From a virus (Duplodnaviria > Caudoviricetes), in IMG/VR virus record IMGVR_UViG_3300012663_001722, positions 22,278 through 86,277 of that record: a stretch of DNA of 64,000 nt. One strand, given 5' to 3'. The notes beneath the pieces were generated by a model. That model ran no database searches. It was not told the DNA's origin and saw only the letters and a program-made list of their open reading frames with translations. How positions within the stretch are numbered: the stretch's first letter is position 1; every line of letters starts with the position of its first letter. A program made the translations under genes and the position numbers. This document shows, piece after piece, positions 45,902-55,567 of the stretch.

Positions 45902-45990
45902 TAGATGATGCTGATTGTTTGCTCTTAAAATATCTATAAGAATAATTCTTATAACCAATAAAGCTTTTCTTTAAGAAAGCCGAATTAGGT

Positions 45991-47475
45991 TTAGATCTTA
46001 ACTGTATATATTTTGTAATTAAAGCCTTCTTTGTCATAGATGCCAACACGCTCTGCTCCATGCTTTAAACTAAAGTTTTTCTTTTTCTTCCATGAGAAGT
46101 TATCGCTAATATCATAGACTGTAGTAGCTTGACCATTATCGCTCAATCGCAAGCCTCGGCCAATACTTTGTAGGATTTTAATTTGACTTTTAGTGGGAGC
46201 AGCAAAAATAATATTATGTAGATTACGTATATTAATGCCTGTACTAAATGTAGCACTACTTGCAACAATAATTGCATTTGATTCGCTCTCTACTTCTCCA
46301 CGTATGCTTTCGCGAACATCAGTATCTGTTTCGCCACTGACATAATAGATCTTGCGATCTGGCTCTGCTGCAACCAACGCGGCATGCAATGGCTTGCCGT
46401 GTTTTACAACATAGTTGAAAATTACAAGTGTATTGCCTTTTAAGCCTCTAGCTAGATTAACAATAAACCTATTGCGAGCAGAGTGGGAAATAATGACATC
46501 AATCTCACTGGCATAATCCAGTTTGCTTACTGCCTTTTTAACTTCATCATCATAATCAAGCACAATGCAATGTATAGTCAACTCTGCAAGTGTTTTGCTC
46601 TCCATAAGAGCCTTTGTTGTTGTGACTTTAAATATTGGTCCAAAATGTCCAACAAGAACTCGCTCATTGCATTTGCTGCCATCAAGTGTGCCCGTTGTGC
46701 CAATGCGATAGCTTGCATTGGTTAGCGTATTCATAATGCTATTGAGACTCTTTGCTTTAAACTGATGTGCTTCATCTCCAACAATCATGCCATATTTTTT
46801 GAACCAATTTTCAGAACATGTAATTGCGCTCTGCCATGTTGTGATGGTTACGCGAGTGCCGGCAACTTCTTTTTCTTTGCCGCTATAGATGCGATGCACT
46901 AATTTTTCAGAATCAAATTCAGAGTCATGCGTACTATAGTCAGAGAAATCACTGGCGAGCTGTTCAACAAGACTAGTAGTTGGCACAACAACAAGTGCTT
47001 TTTCACTTTCATGATCAATATACCAACGAAGCAGCATATAGATGATCAAGCTCTTACCGCTGCCAGTCGGACTTAAGACAAGTGTTCTTCCGCTAGTCAA
47101 GCTTTGTACAACTGCTTCAATTTGATAATCATGAGGAGTTATGTTATTTCCTCGAGCAGACAGATTTAATTTTGAAATATAGTCAATCACCTCTTGTCGA
47201 GAAGGCAATGGTGCTCGCAAACTATCATCATATTCGATTTTATAATTACGCTCTTTTGCAAATTTTGCAACCTCTCCAATTAAACCATAAGGCAGTGTAT
47301 GCGATCTACTATCATACAAATATATTTTTCCATTCCATAATTTATTACGATATGCTGGAATAAACTTATAACCTTCAACTAAAAAGCTGAAGTGTTCGTG
47401 CAATTCCATCGATACACCACTATCATCAACATTAAGATGCACTTTAGTTTCATCAACTTTGTGTATTTTTATCAC
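45991..47475 (-). CDS. uvsW: SF2 RNA-DNA/DNA helicase UvsW
   Basis: SPTGSGKS, VVPTTSLV, GDEAH, GTTGTL, FSTGINI..LHN, QSIGRGLR. Confidence 0.96.
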   Translation of the reverse strand: MIKIHKVDETKVHLNVDDSGVSMELHEHFSFLVEGYKFIPAYRNKLWNGKIYLYDSRSHTLPYGLIGEVAKFAKERNYKIEYDDSLRAPLPSRQEVIDYISKLNLSARGNNITPHDYQIEAVVQSLTSGRTLVLSPTGSGKSLIIYMLLRWYIDHESEKALVVVPTTSLVEQLASDFSDYSTHDSEFDSEKLVHRIYSGKEKEVAGTRVTITTWQSAITCSENWFKKYGMIVGDEAHQFKAKSLNSIMNTLTNASYRIGTTGTLDGSKCNERVLVGHFGPIFKVTTTKALMESKTLAELTIHCIVLDYDDEVKKAVSKLDYASEIDVIISHSARNRFIVNLARGLKGNTLVIFNYVVKHGKPLHAALVAAEPDRKIYYVSGETDTDVRESIRGEVESESNAIIVASSATFSTGINIRNLHNIIFAAPTKSQIKILQSIGRGLRLSDNGQATTVYDISDNFSWKKKKNFSLKHGAERVGIYDKEGFNYKIYTVKI

Positions 47476-47487
47476 CGTTTTATTTTT

Positions 47488-48132
47488 CTATCTTTCGCGC
47501 TTTTTCCAAAATTGAGTTTTCTTGGCTCTTTCTGACCGTTCAACACTTTGTTCTTTAGCTGCTTTACTTATTTTTGCTCTAACTTCAGGACGACATGCAA
47601 CATTGTTTTTTCCTTTACACCCACATTTAGAATTGTCTCGTTTATCCATTTTTCCATCGGCCCACGCTTTTTTCATTCCATATATCTTATTTTCAGTTGA
47701 GGCTAATTTACCAAATTTTCTCTGATTATCTTTATCATTAAAAACACAATTGCTTCTTCCTTTAAACCAACCTTCCGGAATCACCGAGTCTTTTAGTATA
47801 TATTTGTCAATTTGTCCATCTGTTATCCACATTTTGTTTGAAACAGTATCTCCTCCATCACCTTCTTCGATTTTTAAGTTAGCCCAATCATCCGAATGCA
47901 CAACATCAAATTCAATACTCTTAGAAATAGCAAACAACTTAAAATCTTCAAATGAATCAGTTTCATAAATTAGTTCAGTAGTTATAACATCGCCATATTT
48001 AGCTAAATGTTTTTTCCAGCGAGTGCCAGAACCCTTATATGAAGAATATGATTCTCCTTCACTTCTAGTGTAACACAGATATTTTAATCCGGTTATCGTG
48101 TGGGTCTTAATCATCAGTTTATGAGTTTTCAT
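47488..48132 (-). mobile_element. freestanding GIY-YIG-variant homing endonuclease (Seg-like)
   Basis: KLMIKTH.ITGLKYL...YKGSG.RW..H...WANL..E.GDGG...WITDG; own late promoter GATAAATA-N5-ATG(48132). Confidence 0.8.
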
Positions 48133-48167
48133 AATTCTATTTATCAAATAGACGAATTCAGCCGTCA

Positions 48168-48278
48168 TCACATGCCCTCAGCATAAAATGTAAAATGCTC
48201 AGCGAGCTCCATAAGTGCGCCAGTATCAGCACATCTGACAAAGATCTCTGCTTCATTCTTTTTAGTTAGCTTAAACAC
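48168..48278 (-). pseudogene. orphan 5' fragment of uvsW
   Basis: GTG-FKLTKKNEAEIFVRCADTGALMELAEHFTFYAEGM* versus intact IKIHKVDETKVHLNVDDSGVSMELHEHFSFLVEGY. Confidence 0.8.
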
Positions 48279-48717
48279 CTGCTTGGAATTTCTTAAAGTC
48301 AATTATGTTCTTGATCGTCTGGTGTCTCCAGCGTAGCGTATCAAGTATTTCTTTGCATGTATCAACATACACACCTATATATTCACATGCCATTTTACAC
48401 TCGCTGATATCAGTGTCTGTATTATAATACATATCCATATCACCCTTAAGTGGCTTTGACATGCCATGAAACGGATCATATATCCATCCTCTAGCATCCA
48501 TTTCATCTTTTGTCATTTTGCCGTTATAATATAACCACTTGTCTTTTTTAAGTATAGCAAGATCGAGCTCTTTCTTTTTTAATCGTAGTTTAGCAATTGT
48601 ATAGAATTCAAGATATTTGCTATGCAGCATTGCACATCGTAAGGTTGTTTCATCAAGTGCATGCTCACTAATCTTTGAATCATTTGCCCATTGTTTTAAT
48701 AGCTCTTCAACATCCAT
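48271..48717 (-). CDS. uvsY: recombination mediator UvsY
   Basis: W..DSKI...LDE.......LHSKYL...KWLYYNGK...D...I...RW.HQTIKNIIDF.KF.AG. Confidence 0.9.
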   Translation of the reverse strand: MDVEELLKQWANDSKISEHALDETTLRCAMLHSKYLEFYTIAKLRLKKKELDLAILKKDKWLYYNGKMTKDEMDARGWIYDPFHGMSKPLKGDMDMYYNTDTDISECKMACEYIGVYVDTCKEILDTLRWRHQTIKNIIDFKKFQAGV

Positions 48718-48725
48718 GAAGTTAT

Positions 48726-49184
48726 CTATATAAGATCAAATTCGTCATAACTAAAGTTTATGTCGAAACTAGCATATCCAGGTTCACCGCTGCTATTAAA
48801 TTCGATTGAACTCAAACTGGTTGGAAATGCATTAATAAAACGAAAGCCACGACTAATATTAAAATGACTTGTTAGTGTTTCAATAGTAATGTCGGTTGTT
48901 TTAATATCAGATCCATCTTTTGCATTATGTTTAAGCCATGAGAAGCATTCGAGATATGCTGTCATCTTTTCATCACAAAGTAGTGTGCAATTAAGAGCAT
49001 CATATGTTAGACTATTGCCTGAAGTAAATCCTGGCAAATTTCTATATTTAGTTGATAACGCTTCGCTAGACACGCCCGGTAAATTAATAGTGGTTGCAAA
49101 AAACGACAACTTTGGAAATTCATTTGTTCCACCAATTACTATTCGAAATTGTGAATTGGCTAATAAACTATTATCAATGCTCAT
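48726..49184 (-). CDS. 3: tail completion / sheath stabilizer gp3
   Basis: F....INLPGVS...PG..LTYD.L....L.DE....Y.E...WL...F.F.NAFPTSLS.IEF. Confidence 0.8.
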   Translation of the reverse strand: MSIDNSLLANSQFRIVIGGTNEFPKLSFFATTINLPGVSSEALSTKYRNLPGFTSGNSLTYDALNCTLLCDEKMTAYLECFSWLKHNAKDGSDIKTTDITIETLTSHFNISRGFRFINAFPTSLSSIEFNSSGEPGYASFDINFSYDEFDLI

Positions 49185-49200
49185 GACTATATTTATGCAA

Positions 49201-49230
49201 AATAAAGCAGGGGAGCCGTAGCTCCCCTGC
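49201..49230 (-). terminator. intrinsic terminator after gp23
   Basis: GCAGGGGAGC-N4-GCTCCCCTGC followed by TTTATTTT on the minus strand. Confidence 0.85.
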
Positions 49231-49264
49231 TGGGTTTCGTCCTAAGGTAAAGGGACGTTAAGGA

Positions 49265-50590
49265 TTATGGGGTAGGATTACCGTTGTAGAATCCGTATTG
49301 ATTATTAAAGACAGCTTCACCTGCGTTGATGTTAGTCACGCTGAAGTTACGGAAATAAACGTTCGAATTCTCAGTAATTGCACCAAGAGTATTTGTTGCG
49401 CCAGAACCAGTGCTGAATGGGTTAGCAACTAGACCGTAACGAGTCTTGAAGCCAATTTTTGGCTGGAAGCTCGATTGATCAACTGCACGAACCATAGTAA
49501 GTGGTACATATGGGCAGTAGTAGATACCTGCGTCATAAGCATTCGAACCTTTGAAACCAACAGTGATATAATCAGCTGTGCTGTAAGGGTCGATAAACAC
49601 TTTCAAGCGGCCATTGATGATACCAGCAAATGTGTTGCCAGTGTCGTCAACGTTAAGGCTTGTTGACAATGCTGGAGCATAGTCAAGTACACCTGCTGCT
49701 GCAAGAGCGCTAGCTACGTTGCTGGAGCAGATAACAAAGTTACCTTTACCGCGACGTGTTGCTTTAGCAATCGCGTTAGCTTCTTTTTCAATTTGGAAAA
49801 GAAGAGACTTGAATTTTTCAACAGCCCAACGACCGTCTGCATCAACTGCAAGGTCAAAGTCACCGCCGATACCACCTGTGCTAGCAGAATAGTTAATTTT
49901 GCCAATAACCTCACGGTTAATTTCAGCAAGAATTTCTGTGCTCAAGATATTAGCAAGTTCAGTTTCAGCGTCAAGGCCGTGAACGCTCTTAAGATCTTGT
50001 GCAAGTTCCATTGAGTATTCAGCTTTAAGTTGACGAGTTTTAGCTTCAACAATGCATTTTTCGATTGTGAAACCCATTTCGCCGGAAATGTTACCTTCAC
50101 CAGCAGAACGGGAAAGACCTTCACCTGTTGGTGTACCAGCTGTACCAGCGAATGCTGTATTTGCTTCGTTGAAGAGAGCTTCTGGGTTAGCTGGAGGATT
50201 GCCTTGAGTTGCGTCAAGACCATCACCTTTTACTGCTGCGTCATGGCTATTGTAACGAGACTTCATCGCAAAGATAAGACCAGTTGGTCCTGTCATTGGC
50301 TGAACACCTGCTACGTCATAAGCGATGAGGTTAGGCATCGCGCGGCGTACAAGGCTAATAAGAACTGGATCCCAGCGATCAACACCTGCACCTTGATAGT
50401 TACCGCCTTGGGCGCTAACATCGGTCTCAGTTAGGTATTGTGCTTGTTCACGAGCTTCACGAGCCGCTTTTTGTTGGTTTTCCAAAAGAACTGCAGTTAC
50501 ACTCTTACGATATGTGTCTGCGAATTTTGGTGCGTCGGCAGCCTCAAGAATAGGTGCCCATTTTTTTTCTAGTGCTTCTGATTTAAACAT
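49265..50590 (-). CDS. 23: major capsid protein gp23
   Basis: KWAPILE, DPVLISLVRRAMPNLIAYD..GVQPMTGPTGLIFAM, ELAQDLK..HGLDAE.EL.NILS.EI.AEINRE, YCPYVPL, FKTRYG. Confidence 0.98.
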   Translation of the reverse strand: MFKSEALEKKWAPILEAADAPKFADTYRKSVTAVLLENQQKAAREAREQAQYLTETDVSAQGGNYQGAGVDRWDPVLISLVRRAMPNLIAYDVAGVQPMTGPTGLIFAMKSRYNSHDAAVKGDGLDATQGNPPANPEALFNEANTAFAGTAGTPTGEGLSRSAGEGNISGEMGFTIEKCIVEAKTRQLKAEYSMELAQDLKSVHGLDAETELANILSTEILAEINREVIGKINYSASTGGIGGDFDLAVDADGRWAVEKFKSLLFQIEKEANAIAKATRRGKGNFVICSSNVASALAAAGVLDYAPALSTSLNVDDTGNTFAGIINGRLKVFIDPYSTADYITVGFKGSNAYDAGIYYCPYVPLTMVRAVDQSSFQPKIGFKTRYGLVANPFSTGSGATNTLGAITENSNVYFRNFSVTNINAGEAVFNNQYGFYNGNPTP

Positions 50591-50620
50591 AGTAGTTATT
50601 TTGTTTTTTTAGTTTGGGAA

Positions 50621-51979
50621 TTAGTAAGTAACGCTTTTATTCATTGCGTTAAGTGCTTTTAGGTATTGTGACATCTCAGGGTCAAGTTTAGTTTTTTCTA
50701 AAATTTGTCCTTCGACGATTGTTTCAATTTCAGAATCTTCATAAGAATATGAAGCTTCTTCGGTTAGAGTTTTCGTTGTTTTATTCTTTGAACTCTTGTT
50801 CGTAAAATAAAACTCTTTGAGGGTTTTAACCTTATCTGCAAATGTGTTTTCATTTGTAAATTCAACGCTCTCTGCAAGCTTCTTCAAACGAAGTGCTTCA
50901 GTTTGTGTCAAATCTGCACATGCTTCTTCAATTGCTTTTTCGCGAGATAGATCTTCTACTTTTTCAACAAGACCGCCGAGTAGTTCAAGTGATCGACCAA
51001 GTTTGGTTTCAACCTCTTGTTTTTCCTCTTCAAGTTTTGCGAATAGGTCGAGTTTGCTAGCTGGAACTTCAACATAGCTTTCAGTGAAGAGAGTCTTCAA
51101 TGAGCCCATGAAATTTTCAGCAATCTCTGTACGAAGGCTGCTTTCAATCGCAACTTGATTTTCTTTCATCCATTGCTGTACAGCATAGGTGAGATAGCCA
51201 TCAATTTGCTCTGTAAGAGATTCTTCAACAGTTGCAACTGCTTCTTCAAGACGACGAGTATAATTCTTTTTAAGACCTTCTCTGATAGTATGAAGTTGTG
51301 ATTTAACCTCAGCTTCAAAAATAAGTGCAGCTTTGCTCTTAAATTCTTCAGTAAGACCTTCTTCACTTTCGATTAGATTACTGACGTTGGTAAGATCAAC
51401 TTTGAAGTTTTCATGTTGTTCTTCCTCTTCTTCATCCTCTTCTTCATCCTCTTCTTCAGAGTCAGCAGCTTCTTCCATATCATCTTCATCAGAATAAGCA
51501 GCTTCTTCCATATCATCTTCATCAGAATAAGCGGATTCTTCTACTTCATCTTCATCAGCTTCTTTCATAATTTCAATGCTGTCGACTTGAGTTTTGCTAG
51601 GATTAAAACGATAAGTGTTTCCTTTTTCATCAGTAATGTCAAGCGTTTCACGATTAACTTTATCGATTGTATAGGTCTTAACAAGTTGATCATTACCGCC
51701 ACGACCGTCATGATGACTAGTAGTAATCTCGATTTTTTGACCAGCTTTGAACTTATTATTCAAATTAGCTTTAACGAGTTCAGCCTTTTTGATTAATTTC
51801 ATTTCATCCATCTCTTCAGATTCTTCGTCAGCAGATTCCTCTACTTCTTCATCCTCATCTTCATCCTCATCTTCATCGCGCGATTCTTCATGAGACTGAT
51901 ACTCTGACTCATCAAGAGCGAGCAAATCAGAATCAACAATATCTTCGATAAGATCTTTTAGTTTTGATTTTTGTTTCAT
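50621..51979 (-). CDS. 22: prohead core scaffold gp22, with an acidic N-terminus and an inserted domain
   Basis: L.EEFKSKA..IFEA, D.YL.YAV..WM.EN..AI...LR.EIAE.FM..LK.LF.E.YVEVP. Confidence 0.9.
   Translation of the reverse strand: MKQKSKLKDLIEDIVDSDLLALDESEYQSHEESRDEDEDEDEDEEVEESADEESEEMDEMKLIKKAELVKANLNNKFKAGQKIEITTSHHDGRGGNDQLVKTYTIDKVNRETLDITDEKGNTYRFNPSKTQVDSIEIMKEADEDEVEESAYSDEDDMEEAAYSDEDDMEEAADSEEEDEEEDEEEEEQHENFKVDLTNVSNLIESEEGLTEEFKSKAALIFEAEVKSQLHTIREGLKKNYTRRLEEAVATVEESLTEQIDGYLTYAVQQWMKENQVAIESSLRTEIAENFMGSLKTLFTESYVEVPASKLDLFAKLEEEKQEVETKLGRSLELLGGLVEKVEDLSREKAIEEACADLTQTEALRLKKLAESVEFTNENTFADKVKTLKEFYFTNKSSKNKTTKTLTEEASYSYEDSEIETIVEGQILEKTKLDPEMSQYLKALNAMNKSVTY
51465..51530 (-). 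repeat. 33-bp tandem repeat inside gp22 (YSDEDDMEEAA x2)
   Basis: gcagcttcttccatatcatcttcatcagaataa occurs twice in tandem. Confidence 0.85.
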
Positions 51980-52069
51980 CCTTTTTGTTTTTGCTTTATT
52001 GAGAGGAGGTATATCCTCAGTCTCATAGTTTCACCTTTCCCATACTAAATTCAAATATTCCATAATATA

Positions 52070-52723
52070 TTAAAACTTAACTGAAATTTCAGTTAAGAAA
52101 TCTTTGAAAATTTTAGCTTGCTGTTCAGCAAGTTTTTTGCTTGAAAGCTTTTTAATTTTATCTGCTGCTTTATCGGCAGCAACTGCAACAATTTCGTTGC
52201 CTTTGTAAAAATATTCAACACCTTCCATAATGCCATTAACAAATGCACTGGGTGCGCTTGGATCTTGCACAATATCAACTGTAGCAAGAATAAAGTCGTC
52301 ATTTACTTTTGATGTGCCTTCAGTTTGACTAACACTGCCCATACCGCGGCTTGATACACCTAGCTGACAACCACCTTCAAGCAAACCTTTTGCGATATTG
52401 CCCATAGGTGTGTTTAGGATAAGAGCTTTGCCATAGACATCGTTTTTATCCCAACGCAATTCAGTGATACGGTGACTGACTTTATCGAGGTTAATTGCTG
52501 GACCTTCTGGGTGATTAAGTTCACCAACAGCGCGGCCTTTTGAAACATACTCTTTTACATAGCGATCAACCGCACTTTCAAGAACGTTCTTAGGATAGAT
52601 ACGTCCATTGCGATTTTTTTGCTCTGCTTGCATGAAAATACCTTCGATGATATATTTCTTATCACCCTTCTCACCTTCGGTAAGAAATTTAATATTTTCG
52701 TTATGTTCAGTAATTAACTTCAT
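52070..52723 (-). CDS. 21: prohead protease gp21
   Basis: IEGIFMQAE.KNRNGRIYP, GELNHP, VSHRI, LGVSSRGMGS, DIVQDPSAP.AFVNGIME. Confidence 0.97.
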   Translation of the reverse strand: MKLITEHNENIKFLTEGEKGDKKYIIEGIFMQAEQKNRNGRIYPKNVLESAVDRYVKEYVSKGRAVGELNHPEGPAINLDKVSHRITELRWDKNDVYGKALILNTPMGNIAKGLLEGGCQLGVSSRGMGSVSQTEGTSKVNDDFILATVDIVQDPSAPSAFVNGIMEGVEYFYKGNEIVAVAADKAADKIKKLSSKKLAEQQAKIFKDFLTEISVKF

Positions 52724-52777
52724 CTCTGATCTTTATTTATAAAAAATCACTCTTTAACTTTCGCTATTGCTGAAGTG

Positions 52778-53296
52778 TTAATATTGGGTTTTATTCCAAG
52801 AATCATATTCATTAATATATTTTTTAATTTCTTCTTGGCTATTACCATATATCACGATGTCGTCATCATATACGCCAAGGTATATCATATATGGCACTTT
52901 TGCTGCTACCGCTTTAGGTGGTAATTTTCCATCTTGATCTTTGTTTTTAAATTTATTAAGATCATCTTGCCAAGTTGAATCATCAAACTGACCTTTTGTA
53001 CCTACAACTGTATTAGTATGATTACCTGGAGCATATGTTTGAATAAGTTTCAAATTATTACGATCCATATAATCAAGTCTAAATTTCCAAGGGCATTTTA
53101 CCGCTTCATTTAAAATACTTTCGATCGGACTGCTGACATTAGTAAGACCTTCGTTGAAAATTTTATTCGCAACTTCAATCTTTTGTTGTTCAACAGCAAT
53201 AGTGATTTTATCTTTTATTATTTGATCAAGACGAAGATTAGCAATCTCCATTTTATTGTCTTGTACGTCTTGTAATAGATTTTTAATTTCGTTCAT
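52778..53296 (-). CDS. 67: gp67-like prohead core protein with a C-terminal extension
   Basis: Lies between genes 20 and 21; helical N-terminal ~50 aa (...K...A...QK.EVA..IF); extra ~105 aa after ILNE. Confidence 0.55.
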   Translation of the reverse strand: MNEIKNLLQDVQDNKMEIANLRLDQIIKDKITIAVEQQKIEVANKIFNEGLTNVSSPIESILNEAVKCPWKFRLDYMDRNNLKLIQTYAPGNHTNTVVGTKGQFDDSTWQDDLNKFKNKDQDGKLPPKAVAAKVPYMIYLGVYDDDIVIYGNSQEEIKKYINEYDSWNKTQY

Positions 53297-53318
53297 ACTT
53301 TTTATTTATATTTATAAT

Positions 53319-54932
53319 TTATGCTTCTTCAGGTGGAGCTTCATCTGGTTCTTCTTCTCCACTATCTGGAACAGAGCCATCATCTTCTGATCCACCTTCA
53401 CCAGGTGCTCCAAAATCCATGCCGCTATCACTTCCAAAGTCATCAGCGGGTGGTTCTTCTTTTTTACCTCCAGCTTTTGCTTCAGCATTTTCGCTATCCA
53501 TGCGCTCAATATCTTCATCGCTTTGATTGAGAATATTACTGCGTACCCATTTTTCACTATAATATTTTCCAATGTATTGCTCAATACTGCTCAATACTTC
53601 AAGACGATCTTTGATGATCTCAAACTCTTTGATCTCACTAAAATAGTTGTCTTCAATAAAGTCAACACTAATATTCTCACGAATAATTTTCCATTCTTCA
53701 GCTGTACAAACATTTTTTAGAATACATTGTACACGCAGTGCATTAATAAAGAGCAAGCTAAATTTGCGGCGCAATTTATTAATGAATTTTTGAAACTTAA
53801 CCTCTTCGCGAGTAATCTCAGAGACACGACCAATATTATAGGCATTGTCACTATCAAGACGACCAGCCGGTACGTTAAGCGCTCTATAGAGTTTTTTCTG
53901 GAAAAAGATAATATCTTCAATCTGACCTAGGTTTTCTCCACCTGGCAATGTTTGAATCTCTGTACCTCTGCCACCTTCACGACGTGGCAACCAGAAATCC
54001 TCCATGATGTTCATGCTCTTACGATCTTCTCGAACTTCACCGCTGCTAGCATCATATACAAGCTTATTTTTATATTTGCCCATGATGCCTTGCACATATT
54101 CTTCAGCTTTGCCCTTTGGCAAGTTACCTACGTCAATATAAAAGATACGACGTTCTGGTGCACGAGAGATACGATAGATAACCAAGCTATCCTCCATGAT
54201 ACGCAACTGATTCACAAGCTTAATGCACTTATGCAAATAGCTAATTGAAAACGCGCCGCTTTCATCAAGTATGCCGCTTGGCACATAGCATATACTATCA
54301 GGATGGATTTTTAACGCATCGCTGCTAGTATGAATATCTTCAGTATAGAGATAATATTCATCACTAATAAACTTAACACGAGCGCCAGTTTCTTTGTTTG
54401 TTCGAGTCGTTACCTCTTTAACCTTTTTCATTTTAAGAGGATCAATAAGACGCATCTCTTGAACACCCTTTTCAATTTTTTCATTATCAACAACAAGGTG
54501 ATAATAGAGTTTGCCATCAATATACCAACGGCGGAAAATATCATGGCCATCAAAGTTGAAGTTCAACATCTTAACGATGTTATCAAACTCATCGCGTAGC
54601 CTTCTTTTAATTTCATCTGGATAGTCAAGACTATCAAGTGTTAGTGTAACAGGTGTTTTATCATTGTCACTAATAATTGATGCATTAACAATATCGCTAA
54701 CAGCAAGGTCGCACTCAGGCTGAGCTGCTGCCATACGATATTTTAGGATAAGACCTTTTTCATCGTTGACGTTAATGTCATCCATATTCAGCACATGCCC
54801 ATAATAGGCACTAGTCATGCTGCCATTGATTTCAATGGTGCCGTCAGTTGAAATTGGGGTGGAAAAGCCTTCGATTGTTTTTGACTTTCCAGTGTCTACA
54901 GCTTTACCTATTTCGAATCCAAAAATCTTCAT
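53319..54932 (-). CDS. 20: portal protein gp20
   Basis: FRRWYIDG, EDSLVIYRISRAPERRIFYIDVGNLPKGKAEEY, EDFWLPRREGGRGTEI.TLPGG, ITREEVKF. Confidence 0.98.
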   Translation of the reverse strand: MKIFGFEIGKAVDTGKSKTIEGFSTPISTDGTIEINGSMTSAYYGHVLNMDDINVNDEKGLILKYRMAAAQPECDLAVSDIVNASIISDNDKTPVTLTLDSLDYPDEIKRRLRDEFDNIVKMLNFNFDGHDIFRRWYIDGKLYYHLVVDNEKIEKGVQEMRLIDPLKMKKVKEVTTRTNKETGARVKFISDEYYLYTEDIHTSSDALKIHPDSICYVPSGILDESGAFSISYLHKCIKLVNQLRIMEDSLVIYRISRAPERRIFYIDVGNLPKGKAEEYVQGIMGKYKNKLVYDASSGEVREDRKSMNIMEDFWLPRREGGRGTEIQTLPGGENLGQIEDIIFFQKKLYRALNVPAGRLDSDNAYNIGRVSEITREEVKFQKFINKLRRKFSLLFINALRVQCILKNVCTAEEWKIIRENISVDFIEDNYFSEIKEFEIIKDRLEVLSSIEQYIGKYYSEKWVRSNILNQSDEDIERMDSENAEAKAGGKKEEPPADDFGSDSGMDFGAPGEGGSEDDGSVPDSGEEEPDEAPPEEA

Positions 54933-54945
54933 AAACTATATATAC

Positions 54946-54966
54946 GCGGGGGTTTTTCACCCCCGC
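54946..54966 (-). terminator. hairpin between gp19 and gp20
   Basis: GCGGGGGT-N5-ACCCCCGC; no clear U tract. Confidence 0.45.
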
Positions 54967-54982
54967 TAAAATACATTACTGA

Positions 54983-55543
54983 TTAGTCAGTAATAACTTC
55001 GTTACCAACTCTTTCCCAGTATTGATATGCAAATTCAACTTCGAAACTTTCGACTTCGTCAGTTTCATAGCTGAGCTCAATTGCATTAACATTAACAGGA
55101 AATGCGTCGACAAAACGATATTGTGCAATACCAATATCTTCACTGCGGCCGCTCTTGTCAAGTTGAACTACTTGCAAATCGCGCATATAATTCAATGGTG
55201 CACCAACTGCAGCATCAGCCGCAAAGTTACGACTGTGAGAGTTAATGCTATTCATCCATTTTTCAAATGCGTTACGCAAATCAAAACTTGTGTCGTTATA
55301 GACTGTAACAGTCCAGTTGTCTTCAAATGTACGTTCACCTGCAACCTTTAAATTACGACCACGATATGGTACGTCAATCTTTGTGATTGTGCTAGCAGGA
55401 ATACTAGCAGCTTTAATCATAAAGCTTGCTCTGCGGGTTGTGTTTGTATTTCCAGCTATACTTGGAAAATCAACTACACACTTAAATAGGTTTGGTCTTG
55501 CGCCTCCGGCAAAATTACTTTTAAATTGAGAAATATTACTCAT
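54983..55543 (-). CDS. 19: tail tube protein gp19
   Basis: GGARPNLF, VPYRGR.LKVAG.RTFE.WTVTV.ND, FPVNV..IELSY, F.VEF.YQYW. Confidence 0.95.
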   Translation of the reverse strand: MSNISQFKSNFAGGARPNLFKCVVDFPSIAGNTNTTRRASFMIKAASIPASTITKIDVPYRGRNLKVAGERTFEDNWTVTVYNDTSFDLRNAFEKWMNSINSHSRNFAADAAVGAPLNYMRDLQVVQLDKSGRSEDIGIAQYRFVDAFPVNVNAIELSYETDEVESFEVEFAYQYWERVGNEVITD

Positions 55544-55567
55544 ATTATTTTATTCTTTCTTTATTAT

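Noticed and set aside
22135-48278. The two endonuclease insertions as group I introns
   Set aside because: Each downstream gene has its own complete N-terminus, and the flanks are too short for intron core structure
52031-52063. In-frame TGA upstream of gp22 as evidence for stop-codon reassignment
   Set aside because: TGA and TAG act as normal stops elsewhere (rnh, gp47, both endonucleases), and the core genes are intact under code 11
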